Shown: positions 1-9,889, counted from the first letter of the stretch. The stretch is DNA of 64,000 nucleotides from Eubacteriales bacterium (GCA_045531965.1 JAZSFA010000113.1:29962-93961), one strand, 5' to 3'. The notes: generated from the letters alone by a model not told the origin. Translations and numbers: made by a program.

Positions 1-822
1 TGCCTTAGGAGGGAAAATCAGCATATTATCCTCGGGCTCCAAAGAGTCGCTTCCCACGGGAGTCGTGGCATCGGCTTCACTGTAGCCGTACTTCAGAATG
101 GTAATCGCCTGGGTTGCATTTGAAACACCGCTGTGCAACGTTATACCTACGTAATACTCGCCGGACGCAATCCACTGCTGCAGCGCAGAGCTGATGGTCG
201 GAGTAGACACGAGCACGTCGTTGACCTTCATCGCGTAGGCGGAGCCGTCCCAGGAAATCTCAAACGTATAGATCTCACGGTCTTGGTCGTCCACAGGAAT
301 CGTGATGTGGGAAGCACCCTGACCGCTGAAGCTGCCGACGCGGTTCTCGGTAGTCTTGGTAGTCAGATAGCTTTCCATTAAAGCACTACCGTCACCTTCA
401 CCGCGAATCAAGCAAAGCCAATTGTTGCCCCACTCAATGGAACCGGGTTCAATGCCCTCCACATTAGAGACATTGAAAGAGATCCAGTGGTCGGCGCTTT
501 TGTCCTCTCCGCCATACGCATATTCATCAATGCGTACCTCCAAATACACGCCATCCTTTAGGGGTTGGGGTTCCTTGGTTTGGACGGTGAAGAAGGGGGT
601 GTAGTTCGTCCAGTCGGGGGCAATCGTGGTAAAGCCCTCGTCGGTGTACTGATAACCGGGATCGGGCTTGATTGCCTCGCCCTCTTCCACTTCGTACTTG
701 GCCGGATCGCGGAAAACAGTCCAGTCGCCTTCCACATCGGCGGCAGCGGTTGAAAACGTCATCACGGGAATCAGGGTCATCACCATAGCGACAGCGATGA
801 CAAGCGTAATCAGCTTTTTCAT
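1..822 (-). CDS. secreted protein of unknown function (3' end cut by window edge)
   Basis: Absent from the ORF track because it runs off the window. I translated the minus frame from ATG 822-820 to base 1 and found no stop (MKKLITLVIAVAMVMTLIPVMTFSTAAADVEGDW...). It has a hydrophobic signal-peptide-like N-terminus and AAAGGAG about 10 nt upstream. Confidence 0.6.
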   Translation of the reverse strand, partial: MKKLITLVIAVAMVMTLIPVMTFSTAAADVEGDWTVFRDPAKYEVEEGEAIKPDPGYQYTDEGFTTIAPDWTNYTPFFTVQTKEPQPLKDGVYLEVRIDEYAYGGEDKSADHWISFNVSNVEGIEPGSIEWGNNWLCLIRGEGDGSALMESYLTTKTTENRVGSFSGQGASHITIPVDDQDREIYTFEISWDGSAYAMKVNDVLVSTPTISSALQQWIASGEYYVGITLHSGVSNATQAITILKYGYSEADATTPVGSDSLEPEDNMLIFPPKA

Positions 823-981
823 ATTGAAAAAACTCCTTTCTTTTGTTTCGGCGTACATATTTGCCGATTTTTTTGTTTCTAGTATTGCGATCACATTATG
901 CCATAAGTTCAAGGTATTGTTAAGGAAGTAATCGAAAATCCGAACCGATGGTTGCCCCCATCCACCGACTCGCCATCCTCG

Positions 982-2379
982 TCACGCCTTAAAGAAAGCC
1001 TCGAACGCCTGATGGGCGGTGTAGAGATCAGCCTTGGAGATAATCTCGTAGGGGGCGTGCATGGCAATGACGGGCACGCCGAGATCGACGGTTTCGATGT
1101 TGTGCTTGGCAATAAACTTGGCCACGGTACCGCCGCCGCCCTGATCAGCCTTACCAAGCTCGCCGGCCTGCCATATGACACCGGCATCGGCCATAGCCTT
1201 GCGTACCCAAGCCACGAATTCTGCAGGGGCATCGTTGGCATCGAACTTGCCGTCGTGACCCATGTACTTGGACATAGCCACACCGCAGTTCAGCATGGCG
1301 ACGTTGCGGCGGTCAAAGACCTCGGGGAAGTTGGGGTCGAAGCAAGCGGTCACGTCGGAGGACAGGCACTTGGAATTCGCCTTCACCGTGGAGAAGTTGC
1401 CGCCCAGCGCCGTGGTGATCTCGGAGATAAGATCAGTCAACAACTCACTTTGCATACCTGTGTTGCCCTCGGAGCCGATCTCTTCCTTATCGGCGAGGAT
1501 CACCATAGCGGTATGATCGGCATCGTCGGTACCGAACAGCGCGGTAAGGGAAGGATATGCGCACACGCGGTCATCGTGACCGTAAGCGCCGATGAGAGAG
1601 CGATCCAGACCCACGTCGCGGGCTTTGTCTGCAGGAACAGCGGAGAGATCAGCCGAGAGGAAGTCCTCCTCGGTAATGCCGTACTTTTCGTTGAGGATAT
1701 TCAAAATGTTGAGGCGGATGGCATCCTTCTCACAGCCGGGGTAGGGACGGGAGCCCAAGAGAAGGTTCAGGTTCTCCGCGGGAATGGCGGAGCCCAGAGG
1801 TGCCTTGGACTGCTCCTGTGCCAGGTGAGGCAACAGATCGTTGATGTAGATAACGGGATCGGTGGGATCCTCGCCGATGCAAACGTTAACAACCTCACCG
1901 TCCTGTTTGACCACCACGCCGTGAAGAGCAAGAGGGATGGTCACCCATTGGTATTTGCGGATACCACCGTAGTAGTGGGTCTTGAAGAAGGCCATGCCTC
2001 CGTCCTCGTAAAGGGGAGATTGCTTCAGATCAATGCGAGGAACGTCCACATGGGAGGCCACGATGCGGATACCGTTGTTGATAGGCTCGGAACCTACGCG
2101 GAACAGGTACAAATTACGGCCACGGTTGTTATAGTAATACTTCCCGCCCGCGGTGAGCTCCATGCCGAAGGTGTAGGGAACGTAGCCCTCCTTTTCGGCC
2201 ATCTCAATAGAGACGGTCACAGCCTCACGCTCGGTTTTTGCGGCGTCCAGATAGGCCATGTAGCCCTTGGCATAATCGTAAGCATCCTTGATGGTCGCTT
2301 CGTCGGACTTCTCGTAGAAGTTGGTCTTTTTGTAGCCGAGCTTTGCTTCCAACTCGGCGGCAGTCATTTTGTTTTCCAT
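982..2379 (-). CDS. M18-family aminopeptidase
   Basis: 465-aa ORF. IVASHVDVPRIDLK, FKTHYYGGIRKYQW and the C-terminal GVPVIAMHAPYE are typical of M18 aminopeptidases. The overlapping plus ORF 952-2400 is a low-complexity shadow. Confidence 0.85.
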   Translation of the reverse strand: MENKMTAAELEAKLGYKKTNFYEKSDEATIKDAYDYAKGYMAYLDAAKTEREAVTVSIEMAEKEGYVPYTFGMELTAGGKYYYNNRGRNLYLFRVGSEPINNGIRIVASHVDVPRIDLKQSPLYEDGGMAFFKTHYYGGIRKYQWVTIPLALHGVVVKQDGEVVNVCIGEDPTDPVIYINDLLPHLAQEQSKAPLGSAIPAENLNLLLGSRPYPGCEKDAIRLNILNILNEKYGITEEDFLSADLSAVPADKARDVGLDRSLIGAYGHDDRVCAYPSLTALFGTDDADHTAMVILADKEEIGSEGNTGMQSELLTDLISEITTALGGNFSTVKANSKCLSSDVTACFDPNFPEVFDRRNVAMLNCGVAMSKYMGHDGKFDANDAPAEFVAWVRKAMADAGVIWQAGELGKADQGGGGTVAKFIAKHNIETVDLGVPVIAMHAPYEIISKADLYTAHQAFEAFFKA

Positions 2380-2430
2380 GACTATTACCTCGTTTTATGA
2401 ATTTTCTGTTGTTACTGTTTCATGCTTCCG

Positions 2431-3075
2431 TCAAACAACCCCACTGGGAAATTTACTTTTCAGATCAGCCAAATAATCGTTATACCCTATCAAAGAGAAG
2501 GAAAAATCGCCTTTCTCGTACATGCACACACTGACGCTCGCATTAGCCGTCCAAGGAACGTCCTTGGCAAAGGATACATCCCCTCTTTGGCAAACGGTTT
2601 GGAATGCTCGTATGGGTGTGGCGTGGGTGGAAATCAGAACCGTTTTTCCGGATTCCTTTTCTCCCAATTCCTTCATGCGGAGAGTCACCCGTTCGGCAAG
2701 CTCCCGAACCGATTCGCCCTCTGTACAGCGAGCGCGTCCAATATCGGACAACCAGCACGCGTAATCGTCCGCGTAAGTTTCCTTGATGAGCTCATAGGCC
2801 TGTCCTTGCCATCTGCCGGCAAAGATCTCACGGAAGCTCTCATCCTTTATGATATCTAAGCCCATTCTCCGGGCAACAGGCACCGCCGTTTGATAGGCGC
2901 GGCACAGGTCACTGGAATATATTTTGTCGATCGAATAATGCCCGGCAACCCATTCCGTCAACCTTTCGGCTTGCAGGACGCCTTGCTCGGTCAACGGAGA
3001 ATCTGACTGTCCGGCAAAACGAAAATCCAAATTGGCTTGGCTCTGTCCATGTCGGATCATAACGAAAACTGTCAT
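2431..3075 (-). CDS. histidine phosphatase family protein (phosphoglycerate mutase-like)
   Basis: The N-terminal MIRHGQSQAN (RHG catalytic motif) and the later STHATPIRA region fit the histidine phosphatase superfamily. Confidence 0.8.
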   Translation of the reverse strand: MTVFVMIRHGQSQANLDFRFAGQSDSPLTEQGVLQAERLTEWVAGHYSIDKIYSSDLCRAYQTAVPVARRMGLDIIKDESFREIFAGRWQGQAYELIKETYADDYACWLSDIGRARCTEGESVRELAERVTLRMKELGEKESGKTVLISTHATPIRAFQTVCQRGDVSFAKDVPWTANASVSVCMYEKGDFSFSLIGYNDYLADLKSKFPSGVV

Positions 3076-3199
3076 ACCACAACGAACCTTTCAATATATG
3101 TACATTCATAAATAGCAGTTTCCTATGCGAACCCTCAACTGTCCGAAATGTTCTTCTGATACTTTTGTAAAATATCTCGGTTGAGGTATGGCCTTTTGA

Positions 3200-5089
3200 T
3201 TATTCTTTTACGAGTTTTAATACCATGCAACAATTTTCTTTGAGGCCATTTACAAGTATACCGTTTTCTTTGATATCCTTTCCCGACAGAAGAACATCGC
3301 CATAACTATACTTCGCCTCCCCGCAAACTGCGGGATACAAATCAAGCACTTGGGTATAGATGGTTTTGGTAAAAATTTGAAGAACACACAGATCAAAAGT
3401 CTTGTCGGCATATTCAATGACAATAATACTGTCCGTATCCACCAAAATCCTTGCTGTTGCTTCCTTGTAGAACTCTCGATCCCTTTTGTACTGCTCGATT
3501 ACATCACTCCAACGTTTTTTGTATTCTGTCGGGAACGCATTGATATCGCAGGAGAAGCCCATCGGTCCGCCGTGCACAAACGCTTCAGAAAAAGAGTCTT
3601 CAATGCCAATTATAAATTCCCAAGTAGCGTTATTACAATGAATGATTCTGCCTGCAGTTTTGGATAGGGTTCGTTTGTGATAAGAGGGATTGAGACCCTC
3701 ACAGTATGCTTGGACGTTCCAACGTTCTATCAGTCCTGTTGGCATACGCTTTAAGGTATCCTTGACAATACGGATTCCCTCGTAGGGGCCTTGATTATCC
3801 GAAAGCCAAAAGCTGTCAAAAAGCATGCCTTGACCAAGCTCCATGCGGTAACCTCCGCTTGCACAATTCGTGATATACATATCGGGATAGCGCTCACGCA
3901 GTCGCAAGATAAACTCCTTCTGTCCTTGCATATACCGATAAAAAGCATTTCCGGAAGGATCGTATGGAATGGTGGCATTGAAGTCGAACTTCAGCCAACG
4001 GATGTCAAATTTATCGATCTGTTTTGACAGCACAGCAAGTATATAATCCACCGCCAGAGGATTTGAAAAATCAAGGAATTTGTTTTCGATATAGAAGTCG
4101 GGATGCTCTGCAAACGCCCGGCTGGCGGAAGACACACGCTCGGGTTCAAACCAAAGTCCGAAGATCATACCCCGTTCTCTAACTCGGTCAGAAAGTTCAC
4201 GTAACCGTCCGCGCGGACCGATAACCGGATTCTCTTCCCAATCGCCTATTTCGGCACCCCAATCGATTGCCTTGCCATAACCAAACCAGCCGGCGTCAAT
4301 CATAAACGCTTCGAAGCCCATATCTGCGGCGCAGTCGGCTTGTTGCAGAAGATCGTCAATATCAAGAATGTCATAACAATATAACCACGAATTGTAAAGA
4401 ATAGGCAAAGTCTTTCTCGGATAATTTTGGTTGTACCACTCATGAAGCTTATATGCATCAAGATCCGTCTTGCTCTCTGCGGAAAAAAAGACAATCGCGG
4501 GCAGTTCTATACTCTCTCCGGGTTTTACTTTCAGACGCAATCCCTTGTCATAAAAACCTGTTTCCAACACCACGATCTCACGGTCATCATGCGGAAATTT
4601 CTTTGCCGTCATCTGCCATTGGGCGTTCGGAATCAAATGAAATACAGTATTTCTACCCGTATAAAGATTATGAAATCCCATCATAGGCGTAGCGCCGTCG
4701 CAGGTTCGAATGCCTTGTGATGCTACCATAATCTGCGTTACGAGGTTTTGCCAAGCCCCCTTGCTCTCATGTTGCCAAGCATTGTATTGGGTGTAAACCT
4801 CGTATTCGTTACCTATCAGCGTAAAACGGCTTAACAAGGAGTTGATTTCCATCTCATTTTCAGAAAGATTGCAGATTCTGTCACGACGGATCATAACGCC
4901 GTTGTCTTGCGTAGTAAAATCTGCCTCCAAGCGGATCGATCCATCACTGTAAACAAAAGTCGTATTACCATTCTCTTCGATCCGATCGTAGCTTGCGGTG
5001 CCGTCTATGACACCGAAGCTTCCCGCGGCGAAAAACAAACCGGACATGCCCAGCATCCCATTTAAATTTATGTAACGTTCGATTTTCAT
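3200..5089 (-). CDS. GH36-family alpha-galactosidase-like glycoside hydrolase
   Basis: 629 aa. FMIDAGWFG, FGLWFEPE, WLKFDFN, CASGG and WLSDNQG are hallmark GH36 motifs. Confidence 0.8.
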   Translation of the reverse strand: MKIERYINLNGMLGMSGLFFAAGSFGVIDGTASYDRIEENGNTTFVYSDGSIRLEADFTTQDNGVMIRRDRICNLSENEMEINSLLSRFTLIGNEYEVYTQYNAWQHESKGAWQNLVTQIMVASQGIRTCDGATPMMGFHNLYTGRNTVFHLIPNAQWQMTAKKFPHDDREIVVLETGFYDKGLRLKVKPGESIELPAIVFFSAESKTDLDAYKLHEWYNQNYPRKTLPILYNSWLYCYDILDIDDLLQQADCAADMGFEAFMIDAGWFGYGKAIDWGAEIGDWEENPVIGPRGRLRELSDRVRERGMIFGLWFEPERVSSASRAFAEHPDFYIENKFLDFSNPLAVDYILAVLSKQIDKFDIRWLKFDFNATIPYDPSGNAFYRYMQGQKEFILRLRERYPDMYITNCASGGYRMELGQGMLFDSFWLSDNQGPYEGIRIVKDTLKRMPTGLIERWNVQAYCEGLNPSYHKRTLSKTAGRIIHCNNATWEFIIGIEDSFSEAFVHGGPMGFSCDINAFPTEYKKRWSDVIEQYKRDREFYKEATARILVDTDSIIVIEYADKTFDLCVLQIFTKTIYTQVLDLYPAVCGEAKYSYGDVLLSGKDIKENGILVNGLKENCCMVLKLVKE

Positions 5090-5130
5090 ATTTCAACCTC
5101 CTGCATATCTAAAAGATGTGCTTTTCATCA

Positions 5131-6045
5131 CTAAAAAGCAAATAAAACCGTCGCCAAAAATGCTCCGCCAATGGAGATCCATTCCTTGACGGACAATTTT
5201 TCTTTAAAAGCAAAAACCGATACCAATGCAGAAAGCACGATCACGCCGCCCGAAACCAGAGGGAATTGTACGGATGCGGGCACTTCGTTGGCGGCAAGCA
5301 GATGTAAAAAATTTCCCGTATAGGTCGTCGCGCCGATCAAAGCCATGACACACAATGGTTTGATTTTAAGCGTCGTCATCACCTGTCGGTACTTTTCATG
5401 ACGAGTGCGCAAGAAAGCAAACGCCAAAAGAATTAAGCTGAAAATCGCTGTCAGTGCGCAGGAAATGACGGTAAAACTAACCTCGTCCACCGCCCCCTCG
5501 CTGATCTGATGCGCCTTGGCGATCACGCCCGTAAAACCATTCAAAAAGAATATGATCAAACAAAGAACAAAAAAGATAACCTTTTTCTTTGCCGATTGCT
5601 TCATTGTATTTTCATCTTGCGAATTTGTTTGCGAGATTGCTTGTAAAACGATGAAACAAGTCAAAAGCACGGTACCGAGGATCTGTGCCACCGAAATCGA
5701 TTCCCGCAAAAAACAAATGCCGTAGAAAAAGGGAACCAACATACCGCCAAGCATCATAAACATTCCGTAGACCGCAAGACTGCCGAGAGAAAGCACCTTG
5801 ATGCCGATCATATAATACGGGATCATCACAAGGGCGAAAAGCACCGCCAAAAAGACCGACACTGCGGAAAACTCCACCCGAAATCCGCCAATGAACAGAT
5901 AGAGAACTATTCCAATCAAGCTTGTAACGACCAACATTACAAGAGAAGTGACCGTAGTTTGTCGAACTGAGCTTTCGTAGATTTTGGTAAAGGCAAACTG
6001 CCCCGCAAAGCAAAAGACAGCCAATAAAATAATGAAATATTCCAT
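5131..6045 (-). CDS. DMT/EamA-type integral membrane transporter
   Basis: About 10 hydrophobic helices. I prefer ATG 6045 (GAGGTG 9 nt upstream, overlapping the upstream stop as TAATG) over the GTG at 6057 used in the ORF track. Confidence 0.65.
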   Translation of the reverse strand: MEYFIILLAVFCFAGQFAFTKIYESSVRQTTVTSLVMLVVTSLIGIVLYLFIGGFRVEFSAVSVFLAVLFALVMIPYYMIGIKVLSLGSLAVYGMFMMLGGMLVPFFYGICFLRESISVAQILGTVLLTCFIVLQAISQTNSQDENTMKQSAKKKVIFFVLCLIIFFLNGFTGVIAKAHQISEGAVDEVSFTVISCALTAIFSLILLAFAFLRTRHEKYRQVMTTLKIKPLCVMALIGATTYTGNFLHLLAANEVPASVQFPLVSGGVIVLSALVSVFAFKEKLSVKEWISIGGAFLATVLFAF

Positions 6046-6737
6046 TATACATTCCACCTCGTCATATAAGGTAAACCCTGTTGAGGTGTGACAAGCTTTA
6101 ATACGAAATCAAAACGATCCGCATCGGTGCACATGGCAAAGTCGTCCATGGGAAAAACGTCACACTGCGCCGGATCAAAAAACTTTGCGCCCGACGTGTG
6201 CTTTAGCGATTCTATTTCCGACTTCAAATCCATCGGTCGATTCTCCAATATATGCTTGATGTACTCTGCGCACAGGGTATCTTCTTCGGTTGGAGCAAGC
6301 GCCTCCAGACCCATACATACCAAGGACACCTCTTCTGCTCCGCTACGACGGATATACTCTGCAGTTGCCCTTGCGTTGATAAGACTTGCGCCCAAAATTT
6401 CATCCGCATGAATCGCGTTGGCAATTCCCTGTGTACCTGCGCTGGTAGTGTGTACCACAGTCTTTCCCATTACGTTGAACGACCGATTCTCAGATGGAGA
6501 GTTTCCCATATCAAAACCCTCAAGAATTTTTCCGTGACGTTCCCCCGCCAAAAGAAAGCTTGGATTCTCTCTTTTCAGCCGATAGGCAAGATCAGCATCC
6601 CCCACAGGAACGATTTGATCCGCACCTTGTGCAAACAAATAGGCTTCGACCGAAAAGGCGCGAAACACATCAATAATCACGGTTAATCCTCTGGCGGCTT
6701 TCGCTCCATCAATCAACTGAAGAATATGAATTTTCAT
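6045..6737 (-). CDS. 2-phosphosulfolactate phosphatase (ComB) family protein
   Basis: VIIDVFRAFS and GERHGKILEGFDMGNSP motifs are typical of the ComB family. Its start overlaps the upstream gene by 4 nt. Confidence 0.75.
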   Translation of the reverse strand: MKIHILQLIDGAKAARGLTVIIDVFRAFSVEAYLFAQGADQIVPVGDADLAYRLKRENPSFLLAGERHGKILEGFDMGNSPSENRSFNVMGKTVVHTTSAGTQGIANAIHADEILGASLINARATAEYIRRSGAEEVSLVCMGLEALAPTEEDTLCAEYIKHILENRPMDLKSEIESLKHTSGAKFFDPAQCDVFPMDDFAMCTDADRFDFVLKLVTPQQGLPYMTRWNV

Positions 6738-7579
6738 ACGGTTTCAGCTTTCATCAACGACTCAAGGTACATCAAGCAATCGTAATTGTGCTTTACGAAA
6801 GAGCGAAGCAAAAAATCGTCATCATACCAGCAATGTGTTTCCAAAGTCAGAGGACCTTGATAACCAATAGATGCAAACGCAGACATTATGCGATCCCATT
6901 CAATGTTTCCGTAAGCAGGCGGAGCGTGGTCATCGTGATCACCTCCCCAGTTATTGTGAATGTGAGTGCATTTAATCTTATCCCCTAAAAAGGAAATAGC
7001 AGCCGCTTGATCTATTTTGTCAATGTTTGCGTGTCCTGTATCTAAGCAGATCCCTACATTATCCGCATGGAAGCTGTCACACAGGCGAACCAGCGTCTCA
7101 AAGCCGCCATACCACATGATCGAAAAGAGATTTTCGAGAGCTATTCCTGTTCCATATTTCTTTGCTTGCTCTATATAGTTAGATACTGTTTTGTGATTAT
7201 AGAAAAAGGTACGTTCCTCATCGTATGTGCCTGATCCAAAATCTTCGCCGAATTTATAGTAGCGAGGATGCCACACACACCAAGGGGCGCCAATTTTTCC
7301 GCTGACCTCAATCTCACGCATAATCCGATGCTCGAGCTCCTCCTCGATTTTATCGGCAGAGGAAAGCGTGAAATAATAGTAAAGGTGCGTCTGTACTACT
7401 TCAAGTTCATTTTGGGCAAGGATTGCTGAAATATGAGCGGGAGCCTTATCATATGTAGCATCGCACGGATTCGGAGTATCAGCTAAATTGATGGCGACGT
7501 ACCGGAATCCAACATCATGGGCAATTTTACATTTCTTTTCAAAAGCCTCATCATACACAATTTGGATCGCTTTTTTCAT
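6734..7579 (-). CDS. sugar phosphate isomerase/epimerase (xylose-isomerase-like TIM barrel)
   Basis: 281 aa. CLDTGHANI and HIHNNWGGDHDDHAPP metal-site motifs. First gene of the minus-strand operon. Confidence 0.8.
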   Translation of the reverse strand: MKKAIQIVYDEAFEKKCKIAHDVGFRYVAINLADTPNPCDATYDKAPAHISAILAQNELEVVQTHLYYYFTLSSADKIEEELEHRIMREIEVSGKIGAPWCVWHPRYYKFGEDFGSGTYDEERTFFYNHKTVSNYIEQAKKYGTGIALENLFSIMWYGGFETLVRLCDSFHADNVGICLDTGHANIDKIDQAAAISFLGDKIKCTHIHNNWGGDHDDHAPPAYGNIEWDRIMSAFASIGYQGPLTLETHCWYDDDFLLRSFVKHNYDCLMYLESLMKAETV

Positions 7580-7694
7580 AACGATTCTCCTTTCTTATTT
7601 TTCTTACCAATTAGATTATAACACCATATCGAACTGACCGTATATGAATTTCATCTCAAAAAATAGCATTATTTTCCCGCTATCAAAAAAATTG

Positions 7695-7723
7695 TTGACT
7701 TTTATTATTGTTTGTGTTACAAT
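7695..7723 (+). promoter_or_regulatory. sigma-70-type promoter of the AraC gene, probably giving a leaderless mRNA
   Basis: TTGACT (7695-7700), 17-nt spacer, TACAAT (7718-7723). The ATG at 7730 lies only 6 nt after the -10 box and has no RBS. Confidence 0.5.
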
Positions 7724-7729
7724 GTGCCT

Positions 7730-8575
7730 ATGGATTGCATATTTGATAAAGAAAAACTTACACAAGCTCTATCTCATTTTTATAACAGCACCGGCATTGC
7801 CGTTGCTCTGTACGATGCTTCCCAAAGAAGTGTTGCGGGCTCACCGATCCACTCTCCGTTTTGTACCTATATTCATAACCGCAAAGAATGTATCGATCAT
7901 TGCAGTCAATCCAACCTGATTCACATGAAGGAGGTGTCGTTGAATTGGCAGATCAGCCGTTATGCCTGTCATGCAGGGTTAATGGAAATGATTTTTCCAG
8001 TGATTTACGAGGGTGTTTTGATTGCTTATATCCAGATCGGACAGTTCCGTGATGCGGAGCATCAGTATTCGAGGGCAGACAAGCTGCCTGAAATTGCCGA
8101 ACAATACGGCTTCTCTCTCGAGCGATTACAAGCTCTTTACGATGATCTGTCTCTCGTTTCTGATGAAAGGCTGAATTCCTTGTGCCATATCGTGGATATT
8201 CTCGTAAAATCATTCTGGCAGGATGGCTTGATCACCTACAACCGCAGTATGCTATCAATCAAAATCGAAAACTATATTGACGAGCATCTTAGCGAAAAAA
8301 TTGGATTAAGCGATATTTGTAACGAATTTTTGATTTCCAAGAATTTGGCATATCAATTGTTCAGAAATGAGTTTAATACCACTGTAAACGACTTCATCAC
8401 ACAAAAGCGCCTTAACTATGCGCATGAATTGTTGCAAACGAAGCCTGAGCTAAACATAACGCAGGTAGCATTGCTTTGCGGCTTTTCCGATTATAACTAT
8501 TTTATTCGGTTGTTTAAAAAGCAATTTGGTATAACACCATTACAATTGCGAAAAGCAGGAAAGCAGAAAGGATGA
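7730..8575 (+). CDS. AraC-family transcriptional regulator with N-terminal PocR sensory domain
   Basis: The N-terminal half (GIAVALYD...FCTYIH...CHAGLMEMIFPV) resembles a PocR domain, and the C-terminal half has AraC HTH motifs (LCGFSDYNYFIRLFKKQFGITP). Transcribed divergently from the sugar operon. Confidence 0.8.
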   Translation: MDCIFDKEKLTQALSHFYNSTGIAVALYDASQRSVAGSPIHSPFCTYIHNRKECIDHCSQSNLIHMKEVSLNWQISRYACHAGLMEMIFPVIYEGVLIAYIQIGQFRDAEHQYSRADKLPEIAEQYGFSLERLQALYDDLSLVSDERLNSLCHIVDILVKSFWQDGLITYNRSMLSIKIENYIDEHLSEKIGLSDICNEFLISKNLAYQLFRNEFNTTVNDFITQKRLNYAHELLQTKPELNITQVALLCGFSDYNYFIRLFKKQFGITPLQLRKAGKQKG

Positions 8576-8831
8576 CCTGTTTTAAACATTTATGAAACTC
8601 GTCTGCCTCGCCTTCTATGCCATCAAAAACAGAAACGTTGGCCTCTTTCAGCGTGTCAGCAATGAATGTACATCACTGCGTGGAACACGTCAAAAGAGGC
8701 CAACGGCTCATATTCATGGGCTTGGGGGCATTACTTCATGGAGCGAGATTACAAGAACAGGGTGGACGAAATGTGTCAATATACGGACTAACTGAATACC
8801 GTTTCGGGGAGCTGTCAAAAGCTCCCCTTTT

Positions 8832-9821
8832 TTATTGATACTGACCCTTTATGCGCTCCAAATACTCTGCATACTGTACTTTGATCTCATCCGGGCCGAG
8901 GATGGTCAAGTCTTGACCGAAGGAGCTGCACCACCCGAAGAACAGGTCGCTGACCTGCACATCAGCCGAAAAACGGATTTTTTCCTCCCCATAGGGAAGG
9001 ATCTCGGTGTTCTCTCCGAACAGGTCGAATACCGCATCCATCAGGCGGCGGTTCATTTCCAAACTTACCATCGTAGCGGCTCCTGCAAACATTCCGAATA
9101 GCTGTTTCTTATGTGTCGCTATATCGAAGCCCAATTCCTCCGGAGGCATATCCGCTTGCTCGTCGATGATCTCCACCTTGTCCATGCGGTCAATGCGGTA
9201 GTGGCTGATCTTGTTGTAGCGATTGTCGTAAATCACCAGATAATAATGTCCGCCTGCAAATATAGTGGCAACGGGACTGACAATGTAGTGATGACCATTC
9301 CGGCGGTACACGCGCTCATGCTTTTCGTTGTAGTCGAAATACAGGAAGATGATTTTCTGTCGGTTGTTGATAGCCGTTACGATCTCATTGACCGAATAGT
9401 AGATGCTCTCATTGACGCTTTTCGTTGTGTTGAACTGCACGATGTTCTTTTTCAGTACCAGACCCTTTTGGCTACCTGCCAAATCAGCGATCTTATCTAC
9501 AAGCTCGGCGGTTTTCTTACGTGTGATGAAGCTGGCTGCCTGCACAGCGTCCATGAGTATGTGAATCTCGGGACTTGAGAACTGCCGATCTTCCACGTAA
9601 TACTGATTGCTTCTGCCACGGTGAACCATGACCTCATAGCCCCAATCGTTCAGAAGCTTGATGTCCTCATAGATGGTCGTTCTGTGTGCCTGGATCCCGC
9701 ATTCGGCAAGCTTGGCTCGAAGCTCCTCCGTCCCCATGGGGTGATCTCCATCGGTCTCGCACTGTAGGATCTCCCAGATCTTTAACGGTCGTATGCGGTT
9801 GTACTTTTCAGCGTTATTCAT
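8832..9821 (-). CDS. WYL-domain transcriptional regulator (N-terminal HTH, central WYL, C-terminal WCX-like)
   Basis: Start moved to M31 (MNNAEKYNRIRPLKIWEIL...) with AAAGGAA upstream. Layout is HTH, then a YIVSPVATIFAGGHYYLVIY WYL-type core. Lies beyond the trailer end of the CRISPR array on the same strand. Confidence 0.75.
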   Translation of the reverse strand: MNNAEKYNRIRPLKIWEILQCETDGDHPMGTEELRAKLAECGIQAHRTTIYEDIKLLNDWGYEVMVHRGRSNQYYVEDRQFSSPEIHILMDAVQAASFITRKKTAELVDKIADLAGSQKGLVLKKNIVQFNTTKSVNESIYYSVNEIVTAINNRQKIIFLYFDYNEKHERVYRRNGHHYIVSPVATIFAGGHYYLVIYDNRYNKISHYRIDRMDKVEIIDEQADMPPEELGFDIATHKKQLFGMFAGAATMVSLEMNRRLMDAVFDLFGENTEILPYGEEKIRFSADVQVSDLFFGWCSSFGQDLTILGPDEIKVQYAEYLERIKGQYQ

Positions 9822-9860
9822 ATGTAAATTCCTTTTCGTCACAAAAATCTTACGCCGAAT

Positions 9861-9889
9861 ATTATACCATTTTTTGCGTGTTTTGTAAA
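9861..9889 (-). promoter_or_regulatory. promoter of the WYL regulator gene
   Basis: Minus sense: TTTACA, 17 nt, TATAAT with an upstream TG (extended -10). Sits about 35 nt upstream of ATG 9821. Confidence 0.5.

Noticed and set aside
952-2400. 482-aa plus-strand ORF fully overlapping the aminopeptidase gene. The same pattern occurs at 12028-12897, 13278-14150, 14219-15100, 25273-26304, 28041-28883, 30407-31351, 31357-32709, 32805-33857, 34863-35783 (minus), 46754-47992, 48137-49102, 49178-50209, 53220-54026 and 61336-62301.
   Set aside because: These are antisense shadow ORFs of GC-rich genes. Their translations are low-complexity (G/V/H/L/R-rich) with no recognisable motifs, start signals or RBS, while the opposite strand encodes clearly recognisable proteins.
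8592-8838. Small plus-strand ORFs (67 and 73 aa) in the AraC-WYL gap, and possible minus-strand gene remnants there.
   Set aside because: There is no RBS and no recognisable sequence, and the frames are broken by stops on the minus strand. I left the region as non-coding and reported only the inverted repeat.
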